From Octopus vulgaris (Eukaryota), in the NCBI GenBank assembly GCA_951406725.2, contig OX597822.1:70556001-70620000 (forward strand): a stretch of 64,000 bases of DNA. The letters are read 5' to 3'. Under the pieces are notes generated by a model, which worked only from the letters and a program-made list of their open reading frames with translations, did not search any database and was not told the origin of the DNA. The translations under genes were made by a program, and so were the position numbers. This document shows positions 33,933 through 47,800 of the stretch, piece after piece. Numbering within the stretch: the first letter of the stretch is position 1; the number at the start of each line of letters is the position of its first letter.

Positions 33933-35361
33933 TACCCACATTTACATATAGATGTAGATATGCACACACACATATGTATATACATACATACATATATATA
34001 TATGTATGTAAGTATAATGTATATCTGTTACTTTGCAAACATGACTAGATATTAAGCGCCATGATCTTGGTAATTGTTTTAAGTGGCTGTAATAGCAGTG
34101 AGCAGGCACAGACATTCTGTTAATAGAAAGAAACTTATGGGAGAACTGAGCATCAGAAGATTTTTAGAGAAGAATTCTTCACCTTGTACTCATCTTTCAG
34201 TCCCTTAACTCCTTACTTAGTAAGGGGTCCTGGTCAAATCCAGGTTGCGACTCCTAGATACTATTATGCTAAAGTCTTCGTTGCAAGAGCAAACTTGGAC
34301 CTTCCTGAGTGATCGAAGTGCCCTACGGCCAAGATATTTTTGATACCACAACCAGTTTCGTCTCAGATACCCCTTAGTTAGAGGAACATTGCACAAATGA
34401 GAGCTAGAAGATGATAGGGCTGGTACTGTTTTTTTGTTTTAGATGAGCAAGGTCATGTAACGTGAAATGAAGTAGCTTGCTCAAGGTGTATCTGTGTGTA
34501 TGTGTGTGTGTGTATGTGTGTGTGTGTGTGTATTATATATCTATGTATTTGTTAGTATATATTTTATATATCTATGTATTTATGTGAGTGTTTTTATATA
34601 TATGTATGTATTTTATGTAGATGTATATATTTGTGTGTGTGTGTGTGTGTGTGCATATATATATGTATGTTAATCTGTATTACTTACACATAGCTGTTGT
34701 ACATGTATGTATCTATGTGTGCATGAATGTGTACATGCACATGCATATGTGTACATGCGTATATATGCATATACACACATGCATATGCACATACACACAA
34801 TGTCATTTATTTAAGAATGTAATTTTATATCTATATCTACTTACTACTCACACCCATACATATTTGTATGTGTGTGGTGTGCACATGTACACACAAACAC
34901 ACACACACACTCTCTCTCTCTCTCGTTAACTCACATTAAACAAAATCAATTACTAACATACTATATATTATATTTTATTCTAAATTGGTAATTGACGTTG
35001 TCTCATAGACAGTTTTACTGGTATTAATTTTGATTATTTGTTGATCGCCCTCTCCCCACACATTTCATTTTTTTCTCAAGTATTAATGGTTAAACTCCAT
35101 GAAACTTAAGATATATCATTTGCTACCTGTTAATGGACCTAAATCTCTTCAGCTTTTCTTGAAAAATCCCCAAGTTGATGAAATTTGCAATAGTTTTCCA
35201 ATTTCATGATAGTGCTTATCTCCATGGTTATGCAGTAATAATGTTGGGAGTGTGCACTGATGCATTGTGTGGTGTTGTGGTGTGTATCTCTGTTTGTTTA
35301 TTTGTTATACGATTGGATTTAAGTTTGCGTGTATGCAGAGACAGATGCATGTATAGAATCA

Positions 35362-35513
35362 TGAGTGGCTGTGTGGTAAGAAGCTTGTTTCCCAACCACA
35401 TGGTTACAGGCTCAGCCCCACTGCATGACACCTTGGTCAAGTGTCTTCTACTATATCCTCAGACCGACTGAAGCCTTGTGAGTGGATTTGGTAGACAGAA
35501 ACTGAAAAAAAGC

Positions 35514-35559
<46 letters not shown>

Positions 35560-35730
35560 TTGTGTGTGTGTGTATTTGTGTCTATGCTTGTCTCCTCACC
35601 ATCACTTGACAACCGTTGTTGGTGTGTTTGTCTCCATAACTTAGCAGTTTGGCAAAAGACACTGATAAAATAAGTACTGGGCTTACAAAGAATAGGTCCC
35701 GTGGTGAATTTGATCGACTAAAGGCGGTGT
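35362..35730 (+). mobile_element. SINE family A with expanded internal (TA)n
   Basis: Collinear with the family A consensus. Confidence 0.9.
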
Positions 35731-35874
35731 TTTGCCTTTCGTCAAACTTCCTCAAATTCTGAATGTGTATGTATATGTGTGTGTATACACAGACACATAC
35801 ATATATATATAACCAACCAAAACTTTGAAGTCACTGTCACCACTCTTGTTGTAACAGCTTAATGAATAATATTA

Positions 35875-35910
<36 letters not shown>

Positions 35911-35963
35911 AGAGAGAGAGGTACACAGATATAGATGTGTGTACATACACACACACAGATATA

Positions 35964-36023
<60 letters not shown>

Positions 36024-37238
36024 TATAAAATATCAAAAATGAAAAAGCATTATATCAATAATAATTTGGATAAAAGATGGCAAACTAAATCAAATAAACA
36101 TGAAATGCAAGTTAGAATATGTTGGAGTATGTTTAGAGTATGCTTGAGTCATACGTCTACGTATGTATGTACGTGTGTGCATGTGATTATGTGTCTATAT
36201 TGACTCCCTTCCATATATAGACATTAGTATTGCATAGTCACTCACCAACACACACACACACACACACATGCATTGACCAACACCTTTCTTTAGCGCTGAG
36301 TTAGTGTATGATGTGATATACATTGACTGTTTGTTGTGCCTTAAAAGCTTTGCGTTTGTAATTTCCCATTCATCTGACTGACCAGTAGTTTACATTAAGA
36401 TTACAATACAGTTTAAACTTCCTTAATCCATCTACCCCTTTTCCTCTGTTACTGATCTACTTAATAGCCTGTTTGATCTGATTAATTTACATCAGAAGTG
36501 ATGCGTTTGCTGATTTAATTTATTTAATTTTAGTTTGATCTGAAATAGAGGGTTAAAAAAAAGAAAAAAAGAATAAGGCTAAGTAAGGTATAAGGATGAC
36601 CAAAAGGTGAAAAACTATGACTGCTCTCCTTTTAGTATTACTAACTAACTCGGTCTCCATTTTATCTGTGAAGTTGTTTTGATGATGATGTGATTGAACA
36701 AGATTATAGTAGAACGTGTTGACTTTAAGAGAGTGCACGGAAGGTAGTAACTCCCCTCCTGCTCCCCCAAAATCTCTGCTACTATCACCACCACCACCAC
36801 CACCACCACCATGAACACCATCACCATCTGCAGTATCATTGAGATTTGATCTCGGAAACAAGAGGCTGTAGCGAGCTAATCTTGTTTCACTTTCTAGTGT
36901 GTCAACATCCACTGCCTTAAGACATTGTATTATTGAACATAACTGGAAGGGATTTCGGTAACTAGATTAGGAATTTCCTGTGGTTTCACAAGAAATGCTT
37001 GCATCCTCTTAAGAAAAGCGAAGTGGTTATCTTGCTTTTTAGTTGTCATATATTGTCAACAGTTTGAATGAACAAGTGTGATGTAAAAGTTTTTGATAGC
37101 TAGCATATCACTGATATTGAATTTCCCATTAAACTATCTATCCTAATTAAAAAGATCTCATTTTCTCCTCGTTATTTGCTGCCAGTATCTGTCAAAAGAT
37201 TTCACTCCCACCTTTAGTAACAATCAACAATGCTTTAT

Positions 37239-37239
<1 letters not shown>

Positions 37240-37286
<47 letters not shown>

Positions 37287-37347
37287 TTATGTGTGTTTAT
37301 ATATATATATGTATATTTATGTGTGTTTATATATATATATATATATA

Positions 37348-37419
<72 letters not shown>

Positions 37420-37515
37420 TATGAGTGAAATCTATTGCTATATTTGAGTTCTTCATTTCTTTATATGTGTTTGTATATGTGTCTGTGAGTGTGTATAAGT
37501 ATTTGTGAGTGTGTG

Positions 37516-37565
<50 letters not shown>

Positions 37566-37611
37566 TATACACACAAAGACTTTGCTCTCTTTCTCTCTCT
37601 CTCTCTCTCTG

Positions 37612-37660
<49 letters not shown>
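37240..37660. repeat. Cluster of (TA)n, (CA)n and (CT)n microsatellites
   Basis: Seen directly; includes a 30-bp unit duplicated at 37271-37330. Confidence 0.95.
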
Positions 37661-37662
<2 letters not shown>

Positions 37663-38739
37663 GTTTTTTCATTACATCAAATTGCTTGTTCTATATTGTA
37701 CACAATATCCATCCTAAAATATATACGGAAATTAAGAATAATGAATGTTGAAAAGAATACTGGTGGGATTTGAACTTGAAAACAAGAGCATCAAATTACG
37801 AACTGTATATTAAATAGTCTTGTGGGGCTGTGTGTCATTTCTGCCAATACACTTTTGTATTAATAATAGCCAAAAATCAGAATAATCATAATAGTTGTCT
37901 AATTAAATATTTTATTATCATTCCTCAGTACTCTGTTTGTGTGTATGTGTGTGTGTGTAAACATTTTCCAAAATATTTTGTTAAATTCCTTTCTTTTTTG
38001 CCTTTTCAACAGCAACTGCTTATTTGCTATTTGTTTTTCTTTACTAACTCTCTCTCTCTCCCTCTCTCCCCAAAAATACTTGGCAATAAAAATATTTTAT
38101 TTTAAAAATCAAATTTTCTGCCAATATAGTATTTTTGTTTTCATTCCACCCCACTCTTTCTAATGATTTTATTTCAGTAAATATTAAACAACGATAATAT
38201 AATATTTGCAGAACAAGTAGTAAAATTGAATTTTCTTTACAAATGGTCTTTTTAAATTGAAGTTACAAATAAAGAGTAAAAACAAAAAGAAGGGAAGAGG
38301 TGGGGGTGATGGAAAAGGTAAACACACACACACACACAAAAAAAAAAACAAGATGAAGAGAGTAAAAATGTCTTAGTTTCTTCAGATTTTAAGACAGTTG
38401 TATGTAATTTACTGTCAATAAAAGGAGTGATTGAAGCAATATGTGTTTCTTCTCAGTAGATAACTAAATCGAATGTAGGTTCTATTTTGCAAATGGATGC
38501 GTTTATGGTCTTGGTTGGTGTGTGTGTGTGCATGTGTGTATGTATGGGTATATGTGTGTATATGTTTGCAAGTAAGTATGTATGTATATATGTATAAATT
38601 GAAGAAATTAATGTCTGTTTCTAGCTTGCAAGCTCATTATGTTGAAGCTTATTTGCACTTTCTGAGGTATTTCACATAGGTAAGAGTACAAATGTTTGCT
38701 TTGAATGGGACACCAGCTTGTGACTGGGCAAAATCCATG

Positions 38740-38820
38740 CCAGCTGCTGTTGGTACTCATTTCCCAGCTGATGCAGCTCAATGTGAAATGAAGTACATTG
38801 CTCAAGGACACAATGTCTTC
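38740..38820 (-). mobile_element. Fragment of another CORE/V-like SINE
   Basis: GGTACTCATTTCCCAGCTG...AATGTGAAATGAAGTACATTGCTCAAGGACACAA; related fragment at ~34420-34488 (AACGTGAAATGAAGTAGCTTGCTCAAGG). Confidence 0.5.
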
Positions 38821-38912
38821 CATATTACATATATATAGCCACAAGCTATTTATATATATATATATATAGCTTATGGCCACAAACATTAATATTTCTCATG
38901 AGTATTAATGTT

Positions 38913-38967
<55 letters not shown>

Positions 38968-39004
38968 ATACATGTATGTATGTATGTATGTATGTATGTA
39001 TATG

Positions 39005-39136
39005 TAGTTAGCATTAGGAAGGGCCAGCTGTAGAAACTGTGCCAAAGCAGACATAGAACCTGGCAGAGACTTCCAGCTTGTCCTTGTTGAACTGTCCAAC
39101 CATGCCAGCGTGGAAAAAAGGGATGTTAAATGATGC
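39005..39136 (+). mobile_element. Family C retroposon, 3' part
   Basis: GTTAGCATTAGGAAGGGCCAGCTGTAGAAAC...CCAACCATGCCAGCGTGGAAAA...GATGTTAAATGATG. Confidence 0.8.
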
Positions 39137-39344
39137 TGAAATATAGAATATATATTATTTGGACTGGTGTCCCTCTTGACTGGTCACTAGTATATCACTG
39201 AAGCTATAATGTTGCTTTGGTATGTGTGTTAATGTACCCATATTTTTTGTAGTAGATGCAATGGTCAAATCTCACAAGTGGTCACAACTTTTTTCAGTTT
39301 TCTTCAGTATCTCCACACACATTCACATGCACACGACAATACCA

Positions 39345-39600
39345 TCATCATCGTCTTCATTTTAGTGTCCACGTTCCCCTATTTGCATAGTTCAGATGGA
39401 ATTTGTCAAGACAACTTTTCTGTGTCCGAATACTCTTCCTGTTGCTAACCCTTAACTATTTTCAAGAACTGTAATATTTTTCCATGGTGAGACACATTTT
39501 TACAGAAGATTGGAAGCAAAATGACACTGTATGTGTGCTGGTGGTGATGATGATGATAATCATTCTTGTTTACAACTACTGTGTGATGTGAAGGCAGTGA
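39345..39600 (-). mobile_element. Diverged family C-related retroposon
   Basis: CATCATC...TTTAGTGTCCAC...CTCTTCCTGTTGCTAACCCTT...GTAATATTTTTCCATGG; similar to 31637-31840. Confidence 0.55.
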
Positions 39601-39638
39601 GACACACTTGCTTGCCTTCACACACGCATGCACACACC

Positions 39639-40040
39639 CTCTTTTACTCTTTTATTTGCTTCAGTCATTTGACTGCAGCAGTGCTGGAGCACTGCTTTTA
39701 GTCGAAACAAATCGACCCCAGAACTCATTCTTTGTAAACCTAGTACTTATTCTATTGATGTCTTTTGCTCAACCACTAAGTTATGGGGGACATAAACACA
39801 CCAGCATTGGTTGTTAAGTGATGGTGGAGGGACAAACACAAACATACACACACATATATATATATATATATACATATATGACAGGCTTCTTTCAGTTTCT
39901 GTCTACCAAATCCACTTTTACAAGGCTTTGGTCAACTCGAGGTTATATTAGAAGACACTTGTCAAGGTGCTATGCAGTGGGACTGAACCCAGAACCTTGT
40001 GGCTGGTAAGCAAGCTGTTTACCACACAGCCACTCCTGCA

Positions 40041-40042
<2 letters not shown>
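39639..40042 (-). mobile_element. SINE family A, full length
   Basis: Collinear with the family A consensus over its whole length. Confidence 0.92.
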
Positions 40043-40077
<35 letters not shown>

Positions 40078-40974
40078 ACATATTTATATTTTATCGTGCA
40101 AATATGGAAAAGTAAGCATTAAATTGAAGATTATGTATTACACACACACACACACACACACACATGAAATTGCATTCATATGTTTTATGCACTTACATTT
40201 TTGAGTAATATGTTCAAATTTCAATTTATGGGAAAAGTATTTGCTTCAAATTAAACTCTTAAAAAAATATGCCTGGCAATGTTACTTTCCCATATTGGAT
40301 TCTGCACTAAGATTTATGTTTGGTAAAACGGTGATATTTCTTTAGGTTGTAATTCGCAAAAAAAAAAAAAAAAGAGACAAAAATGTCTCTTGTAACATTT
40401 TTTTACACATTATCCTTCAAAGAATTCGTTATGTTAGCCCTGTCTGTTAGTTTTTGGAGGCTTTCATAAAACAAAGAGTCTTAGATTTTTGTCTCTTATG
40501 AAAATTTATTACACTGTTGTTTGGAATGTGTGTTTAAAATGTAAACGCCTGCATATACAGTCCAGTTATGCTGGCATTGAAAGTATTTGTGCATAATCTT
40601 TTTTTTGTGTGCCTTTTTGGCATTTTGGCCAAATGCATTATGTTATGCTTCAGATGCAGGAACTGGATTTCAAGGCATACAAGTTTCATTTCTTCGTTTA
40701 TGTATGCACATGCACGTGTGTGCATGCATGCATAGACAAAAACACAACTGTGCACACAAGAACAAGCATAGTGATGGCTCCGTGTTGTAATTTTCTAATG
40801 ACTGTAGTTCTGTGTGTGTGTGTGTGTGTGTGATTGGTTGGATGTCTCTGACTAACACTTAAAAAACCTCTTCGTTATTGTAAATTCTTTGTCAATATGA
40901 ATCATATTCTGCATCACCCTTACCTTAAGAAGTAACAGCAATGATACAGACCAGTGACGGGTGCCACTACACAG

Positions 40975-41202
40975 GTGCTCCGCTTGCTAGAAATAGCAAC
41001 AAATCTCCCTCTTAAATCACACCCTGACATGCCTAAAGTAACAAGCACATTTTGCATAATGTTGTCTTAGATATGCGTACGCAAGGTCTATGGTAGGTGA
41101 TAGGGGTGTGTGTGGGGGTGGGGATGGCGACAGTGTGGTCATGGCTGGAATGCTATAAATTATAGAGTTGATTGATTAGGACTAACCTGGAGCTGAACAG
41201 CA
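40975..41202 (+). mobile_element. Interspersed repeat family E (SINE-like 3' part)
   Basis: GCTTGCTAGAAATAGCAACAAATCTCCCTC..AAATCACACCC...GGTCATGGCTGGAATGCT...AACCTGGAGCTGAACA; inverted homologue at 48580-48785. Confidence 0.6.
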
Positions 41203-41365
41203 TTAATATCAGCCACAACCTGAAAATTCCAAGGATCAATGAAGAGCACATGTACTGACAAGTGTTGATATCTTATGAAGATTTTAACTAACATGGTTAG
41301 TTCATAGTTTGCATAGTTCTCAGCCATCTGTGTGAGCATAGGCATGTGTGCGCACGCACGCACAG

Positions 41366-41397
<32 letters not shown>

Positions 41398-41414
41398 ACA
41401 TGCACATACACCTT

Positions 41415-41500
41415 CATCATCATCGTTTAATGTCTGCTCCCCATGCTGGCATGGGTTGCATGGTTCGAGAGGGGCTGACTAGCTGGAGAGCTGTCTGGTC
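41415..41500 (-). mobile_element. Family C 3' tail fragment
   Basis: CATCATCATCGTTTAATGTCTGCTCCCCATGCTGGCATGGGTTG. Confidence 0.75.
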
Positions 41501-41865
41501 TTACGCATACATGCATACATACATACATACATACATACATATAGTGTGTTTATGTATGCATATATATGTGTGTAAGTATTACATCCTTTTCTTTTAAGTT
41601 AAAATTTGTCTGCACCAGCATCATGTAGTCTAATGAAACATGTAGCACAGTGGTAGATAGGTTTTAAGACACTGATATTGCATGTCAGTTTTACATCTTG
41701 ACTTGTTATGGCTGGCTGCTAGCTTTTCTGTAGAGCCAAATTCTTTTTGGGATTCTGCAAAGGCTGCTTGGAGTGGATTATTATATTTCTGTCAATTTTT
41801 CGATTAGTTTGTCCATATACGACGTATCGGTAGTCAAAGGTGAAAACCCTGCCACCTTGATATCG

Positions 41866-42020
41866 TGTTTAAAGAGATGAGTTCGCAATCAATATGTCCA
41901 TCCGCCAGTCTCTTGTGATAGATGCATAGAGACATGGAACCTGAGGAAAGACTTCACCAAATTAAGAATGGCTCAATATGCTCACAGCAAATTATGATTG
42001 GAATTAATGGAGAGATGTAA
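41866..42020 (+). pseudogene. Decayed RTE-clade LINE RT C-terminal fragment
   Basis: The frame from 41866 reads CLKR*VRNQYVHPPVSCDRCIETWNLRKDFTKLRMAQ, then IMIGIN after a frameshift. This resembles the RTE motif LKRkVfnQcvLPv.tYgcETWtLtK...KL..aQR.MeR.MlGi (motif recalled, not searched). Confidence 0.65.
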
Positions 42021-43566
42021 AAAAAAAAGAAAAAGAAAAAGAAGCCATCTCATAAAACAATGAAATGTTTTTGGAAAACAAACAAAACTAAACGACATTG
42101 TTAGTTTCATAATATTATTGAAATGTTTGTTGACATGTTTTGTCTGTTTTGCATCTCCTTTGAGATCCAAACTATCAGGTTTTTTGTCTACCTGTCGTTG
42201 CTTGTGATCTGGAAGTCCAGTTTAAATCCATTTCAACTATCTTATGAGGTTGATGTCATTTAGTTGGATAGATTTAACAAAAGCAAATTTGAGATTTGGT
42301 GTGGAGAGTCAAAAGCTATGGAGTGATGAAAGGAAGATCTTTATCAAGCAGTGGGATAGCATTTGCTGATTTTGTGGGTGTATTTATTTATTTATTTATT
42401 TATTAGCTGTAAATAAATATTAAGTAGTTATTCGATCATTGAGCATTTTATGTCAAGATACTCTTATCCAACGTGGTCATGAGTGTGTTGAGCAACTTTT
42501 GTTGCATTCTAAGCAAATAAAAGGTTTTATATACATATACTCTACTTCATGTACCGAGTTCTTTTTCCCTCATTTTTAAACTCCTTTGTGTTTGTGTAAG
42601 AGAGAGAGAGAGAAATTGACGCCAATTTCAGCAACTGGTCTAAACACAAACATAATCCCATATGCATACATACAAGTGAAGATATACATGTGTATGTTTA
42701 TCTGGATACACCTATGTGTATAACACACATGCACACACAAACACACAGAGGTATTTCTACGCAATGCCTATAAGGATAATACTTTCTCTTCTTATTGAAA
42801 CCTATATCTGCTAATACTCAGGTAATCTCTCTTCACACAAGCAAATCATAAACAAAGAATGCTTAAATGTTACTTTTTGCTTCTCATTGCATTGCCATAC
42901 AGTATTTTTCTTTGTTTCCTCAAGACTATCCTCTTAACCCTTCATTCGATAGTATTTACAGCCACAACCTCTGTGTCTGCCTTTGTATAATACGCAGCAT
43001 CTTTCTCTTTCTCTCTCATACGCTGTATATGTATCTGTCTCTTTCTCCCCCTCTCTCTTTCTTTATCGATGCTTCCTCGCTTTCTCTCACATTAAACTCG
43101 TCGCATATATATATATATGTGTACCTGCTTGTTTGGTTCCATCATTGGAAATGCAAAGATGCCTGTCTGCTCCTACTGTTCTTTTTCTTTGCTTTAATTA
43201 TTATATTCTATTAAGATGTGAACACAACAACTCTTCTATGCAATGGACACTGGTTTCGGTTGAAATTTGTCTGACGCATTCGATTCATTGACCAACAATG
43301 TTGCCTGTGTTCTGTGTGGTTGGAAAAGCATTGTTCTGTGTAAATGTGAGGCTGTCAGGAGCACACGACCATCTAAAACTTGGCTCTTTTAACTGATATT
43401 TGCTTCAGGAACATTGTGTGAAAAGTTCAATTCAACTATTTCCGATACTGTGTCGAAAGGCCTTACCATTCTTCACTATTTCTACTTGCACACTCTACAG
43501 AAACAACTGCTAATACCACCACCACTACCACTACCATAATAATAATAAGAAGAAGAACAATAATAA

Positions 43567-44257
43567 TGGTTTCAAATTTTGTCACGAGGGCAGCAATTTT
43601 TTTTGGCGGGGGGGCAGTGGGGGAAGGGGTAAGTTGGTTACACTGACCCCCAAGTTTTAACTGGTACTTATTTTATTGATCCCGAAAGGATGAAAGGCAA
43701 AAGTCGACCCCAGCAGAATTTGAACTCAGAATGTAAGGACGGATGAAATACTGCTAAGCATTTCACCCAGCGCGCAAACGATTCTGCCAGCTTGCTGGCT
43801 TAACAATGATAATTATTAATCCTTTCTACTGGAAGCACAAGGCCTCAAATTTGGGGGAAGGGATTAAGTTGATTACATCAGCCCAATGCATAACTGGTAC
43901 TAATTTTATCAACCCCAAATGGATGAAAAGTAAAGTTGACCATGGTGGAATTTGAACTCAGAATGTAACGGCAGACGAAATACTGCGGAGCATTTCACCC
44001 GGCATGCTAACGATTCTGTCAGTGTGCTACCTTAATAATAATCCTTTCTACTATGAGCACAAGGCCTGGACTTTCGTGGGGAGGGGTACAGTCGATCACA
44101 TCGACCCCAGAACTCGACTGGCACTCAATTTATCGACCCTGAAAGGATGAAAGGCAAAGTCGACCACGGTGGAATTTGAAGACAGAATGCTGCAGCAGAC
44201 GAAATACCACTAAGTATTTTGCCTGGTGCACTAACAATTCTGCCAGCTTGCCACCTT
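43567..44257 (-). mobile_element. Three head-to-tail SINE family B copies separated by (AAT)n
   Basis: Copies at ~43567-43800, 43818-44032 and 44041-44257, each with GGATGAAAG(G/T)AAAGT(C/T)GACC and a tRNA-like head. Confidence 0.9.
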
Positions 44258-44274
44258 AATAATAATAATGATAA

Positions 44275-44370
44275 TCACCATCACTGTCTATTTACATCAA
44301 GCTTTCCATGCTGACATAGATTAGATGGGCTTTCTGAGGCACCGTTTTACGACCAGATGCCCTTCCTACA
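44275..44370 (-). mobile_element. Family C-related fragment
   Basis: GCTTTCCATGCTGACATAG...CCAGATGCCCTTCCT. Confidence 0.55.
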
Positions 44371-44651
44371 GGTACTTCCTTTGCCTCTTACAGCATGCAA
44401 GGACACAGTGTAATTAATCTAAAGCTGGGATACACACATGAATATATAAATATGCATGCTCATTTATGCACACACATGTGTATAAGTAACTGGATATCTT
44501 TCAGTGTTAACTGGGCTAGTTGTTTGATCAGTTGAAGTATGAGTGGCTGAGTATACCTTAGGTGTTTGTACACGTAACACAGTTCTCAGGCCAATTCAGT
44601 GTCACACTTTGAGAGAGTTAGTGCTTTGAATTGCAGGGTGCAGTACATCTA

Positions 44652-44810
44652 ACAGGCTTCTTTATAGTTTCCATTTGTTTATTTCATTAGCACGGTGTAG
44701 CTCAACCACAGGCTGTGGTAAAAGGCACTTACCTCTGATACCATGCTGTAGGATTGAAACCAAGGCATCATGATTACAAAACGAAGTTCTTAACTGTTCA
44801 GCTATGCCAT
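44652..44810 (-). mobile_element. SINE family A, old 5' part
   Basis: ACAGGCTTCTTTATAGTTTCC...GGATTGAAACC...TTCTTAAC...CAGCTATGCC. Confidence 0.55.
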
Positions 44811-44815
44811 TTCTC

Positions 44816-44857
<42 letters not shown>

Positions 44858-47800
44858 TCATTACACACAAACATACATGCATACATATGTGTGTACCTGA
44901 TATAAATATTTATTAATTAGTAACAGCTTGGTATTATTTTCTTTTTAATCTATATCAATCATTCTTTATTTCTTAGCAATTTTTCTCATTTTTTTTGTTT
45001 GTTTTTTTTGGGGGGAGGGGTGTGAGTTATAGAATATTTAACAATTTGTTTTGAATCTTTTCTATTTTATCATTGATTTATATCAATTTTTCTATCTTAC
45101 TTCTTCTGTTATTATTATTTTTTTTTTCCTATAAGGATTATTTTCTTTTGTGAGATTGATGGCTTGTTACAAGACATGAGGAATTGTGGTCTCTTACTGC
45201 CTGCTATTCTTCTCACTAGTTCTTTGACTTATTATACAGACACAGAGTTTGTCTTTCTTTCAACAGAAAACTAGTTGCTGATGTTTTTTGGGTAAATTAA
45301 ATCTTTCCAAGAACCACATATTGTCAAAGCCTGTATTTGATTTCTTTCAAAATTCCTTTTTGCTTTTGTTTTTTTTTTTTTGGTTTCTTTTTTTTTTGTT
45401 TTATAGATATGACTGTATAATTAAATTTTTATGAGAAAACTGCATGAATAAGTAAGATGAAAATTAAATTAAGCATCAAGCAGGTGAGGTTAGTTGTGCT
45501 GGTTATGGTTGTGATGGTTTCGTCTAAGAAACAATAAAATTGCCAACAAAAAGACTCTTGCCTCTAGCTTATAATAAATTCCACTACCACTGGCTTTTGT
45601 TCGCACATCTTGTGCTATAATTCAATCAATATATATATATATGTATACAATCTTGTATTTACACATAAATTTCCTTTTTCCTTTTATTCTTCTGCTTTTT
45701 GTTTCATGCCTTTATAGTTTCTTTTTTTCTACTTTTCGGAACCCATCAAAATTTCAGTGTGATGAAAGAATATATGAAGAGATATGAGTGTGTGCATGCA
45801 TACATGGGTGTTCGTTAGAAAAATCTCAAACATTTGTAGAATATATGCAATGTATGTGGTTAATGTCTACCTTACTATATATGAGAGTGTGTTCACAATA
45901 TTCCGCCAGTATTTCACTGAAGAATCTCAGATGAAAGTTTTGTCTTTATTTATTTAAAATATCCTGAGCAATATCCATCTTTTGCAAAGTAACACTTGAT
46001 ATTTAGATATTGAAAATATTAATATAATAACTTAATTCAAGTAGGATCAATATTGCATTTGTATCAAATATATAATCAAAAAGTAACAGTTTTGCTATTC
46101 CACCACATATTTTAATTAAAATTTGTTAGTGAAATTTAAAAATCTTATAGAAATCTGAGATATGAAAATTACTAATGAATTATATGTAAAATTTTCAATT
46201 AGTATCTACACGCAACATAGTACGTGAGATATAGTCTCTATCTCTTTCTATCTTTTCATTTGTAATTACTTGAATGAGGTGTGTGTGTTTAAGTGAAATA
46301 TTCATGATTAGGACACATTTGTTGTGAAATGGATCTTTGTAGAAATTTGATTTCGCCACCTGTTATTATTAATTGGGTAAAAATTTGAAGTATGCGTTAA
46401 GCAATAACCATCGACAGGTACAGACATATTGTAGTTAAGTTCTTAGCTAACATAAGTACTTGCAAGTGAGATAGTAATTTTTGCCAATCAAATTTATATG
46501 AATTATAGAGTATAAATGAATGGCAAGCAGATAATAGTTGTTTTAAATGAATTCTTAAAAGTGTATTGCCGTCAAAATGTATAGACGACTTGTAGATTTT
46601 ATTCAGATAAGATGAAAGAGATGGCACACAAGGAATTTTGCTTAAATTTGTAATTATGATATAGTCTGTATTCATAGTAGTGGAATTGGTGATAGTATAG
46701 AAGTACTATTGGTAATTATTGTAGTTGTATGACCCAGAATCATGGCATTGTCAAGCTGATAAGCTGGAGGGGAGCTAGTGCAATTTTTTGAAACTTCAAT
46801 ATGATTCAGAAGAAGGATAGACCAACTTTGAAAGGACTAATTCTAAGATCATGAAACATTAGGAGTTATTACTGTAAGGAAAATAAACTGGTATGGATTT
46901 GTATGTGTGTATGTATGTACGTATATATATTGTGAGAATAGTTATTTTTTTTTACAGTTGTTACCAGTAGTTACACTTAAACAGACTAATAGAAGTCTGA
47001 GGAAACGAATCTTTGAATATATATGGTAGAATTGTATTATATAGTATTACATAAGTAAAATCATATGTCTTCTAAAAATTCGCAGATAAAATATCAAGTA
47101 TTTTCTTAATGTATCGGTACAGTGTCTATTTGACAACTGTGTCTGAATTTTTTCTTTAAATATTTGAGAAATATGTCTATTGAGAAATACATTTTTTGTC
47201 ATTTTTAAAATAGAGCTAATGTATTGCCTGCATTAATCCCAGAATCAGAAAAGGATTTGTACATTTTTAGCAAATTTCTTTTCCATTGTTAAGCAGCTAA
47301 CAAGGTTTGTTGATTGCTGCAGAAAATTCCAGCAGTTTCTGAAGAACGTGATCATTAACAGAACTTCCATCATTAGTTCCAACCAAGTCTTATGATAATT
47401 ATTTTGTCTTCAATTTTATATATGGCGTTGTCTGTATCTACTGAATGTAAATATGAATCTTAATATTAATTACCTGTTGAAGAAAAATCTTGTACATGTG
47501 ATGACTTCAGTGTTGGAGTTATGTTTAGATCTGATGCCAGACTAATTCATACTATTAACAACATTTTGAATACATGTATTTTTTTTTTTCTTTAAGAAAA
47601 GTATGTTTAACTTGTAGCTTTAAACTCCATCTGGTGTCATAGGTCTGGCTATAATGGAGGGCTATTTTTTTACAGATTTGTTTTTCTTAGAGATATTCCT
47701 GTCACAAACCCAATATTTCAAACCATGGCTGTTGTTTTAATGATTGAAAGGGATTTTGAGAATCAATTTAAAGTGGCAGTTTGCATCGAGTTGACTGAAG

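Noticed and set aside
34190-34400. GC-richer island possibly from a LINE 3' end
   Set aside because: Only a weak GRSK-like motif on the minus strand; not enough to call.
36553-36912. 119-aa minus-strand ORF with poly-Gly
   Set aside because: The poly-Gly comes from a (CCA)n tract; non-ATG start, no splice signals and no recognisable domain.
43567-44257. Regularly spaced repeats that might suggest a CRISPR-like array or satellite
   Set aside because: The units are ~215-235-bp SINE copies in eukaryotic DNA, with no repeat-spacer structure and no cas genes.
45408-45483. Strong polypyrimidine acceptor (TTTTATAG) followed ~75 nt later by CAG|GTGAGG
   Set aside because: Stop codons in all three frames, so it cannot be the coding partner of the 22786 exon; no other support.
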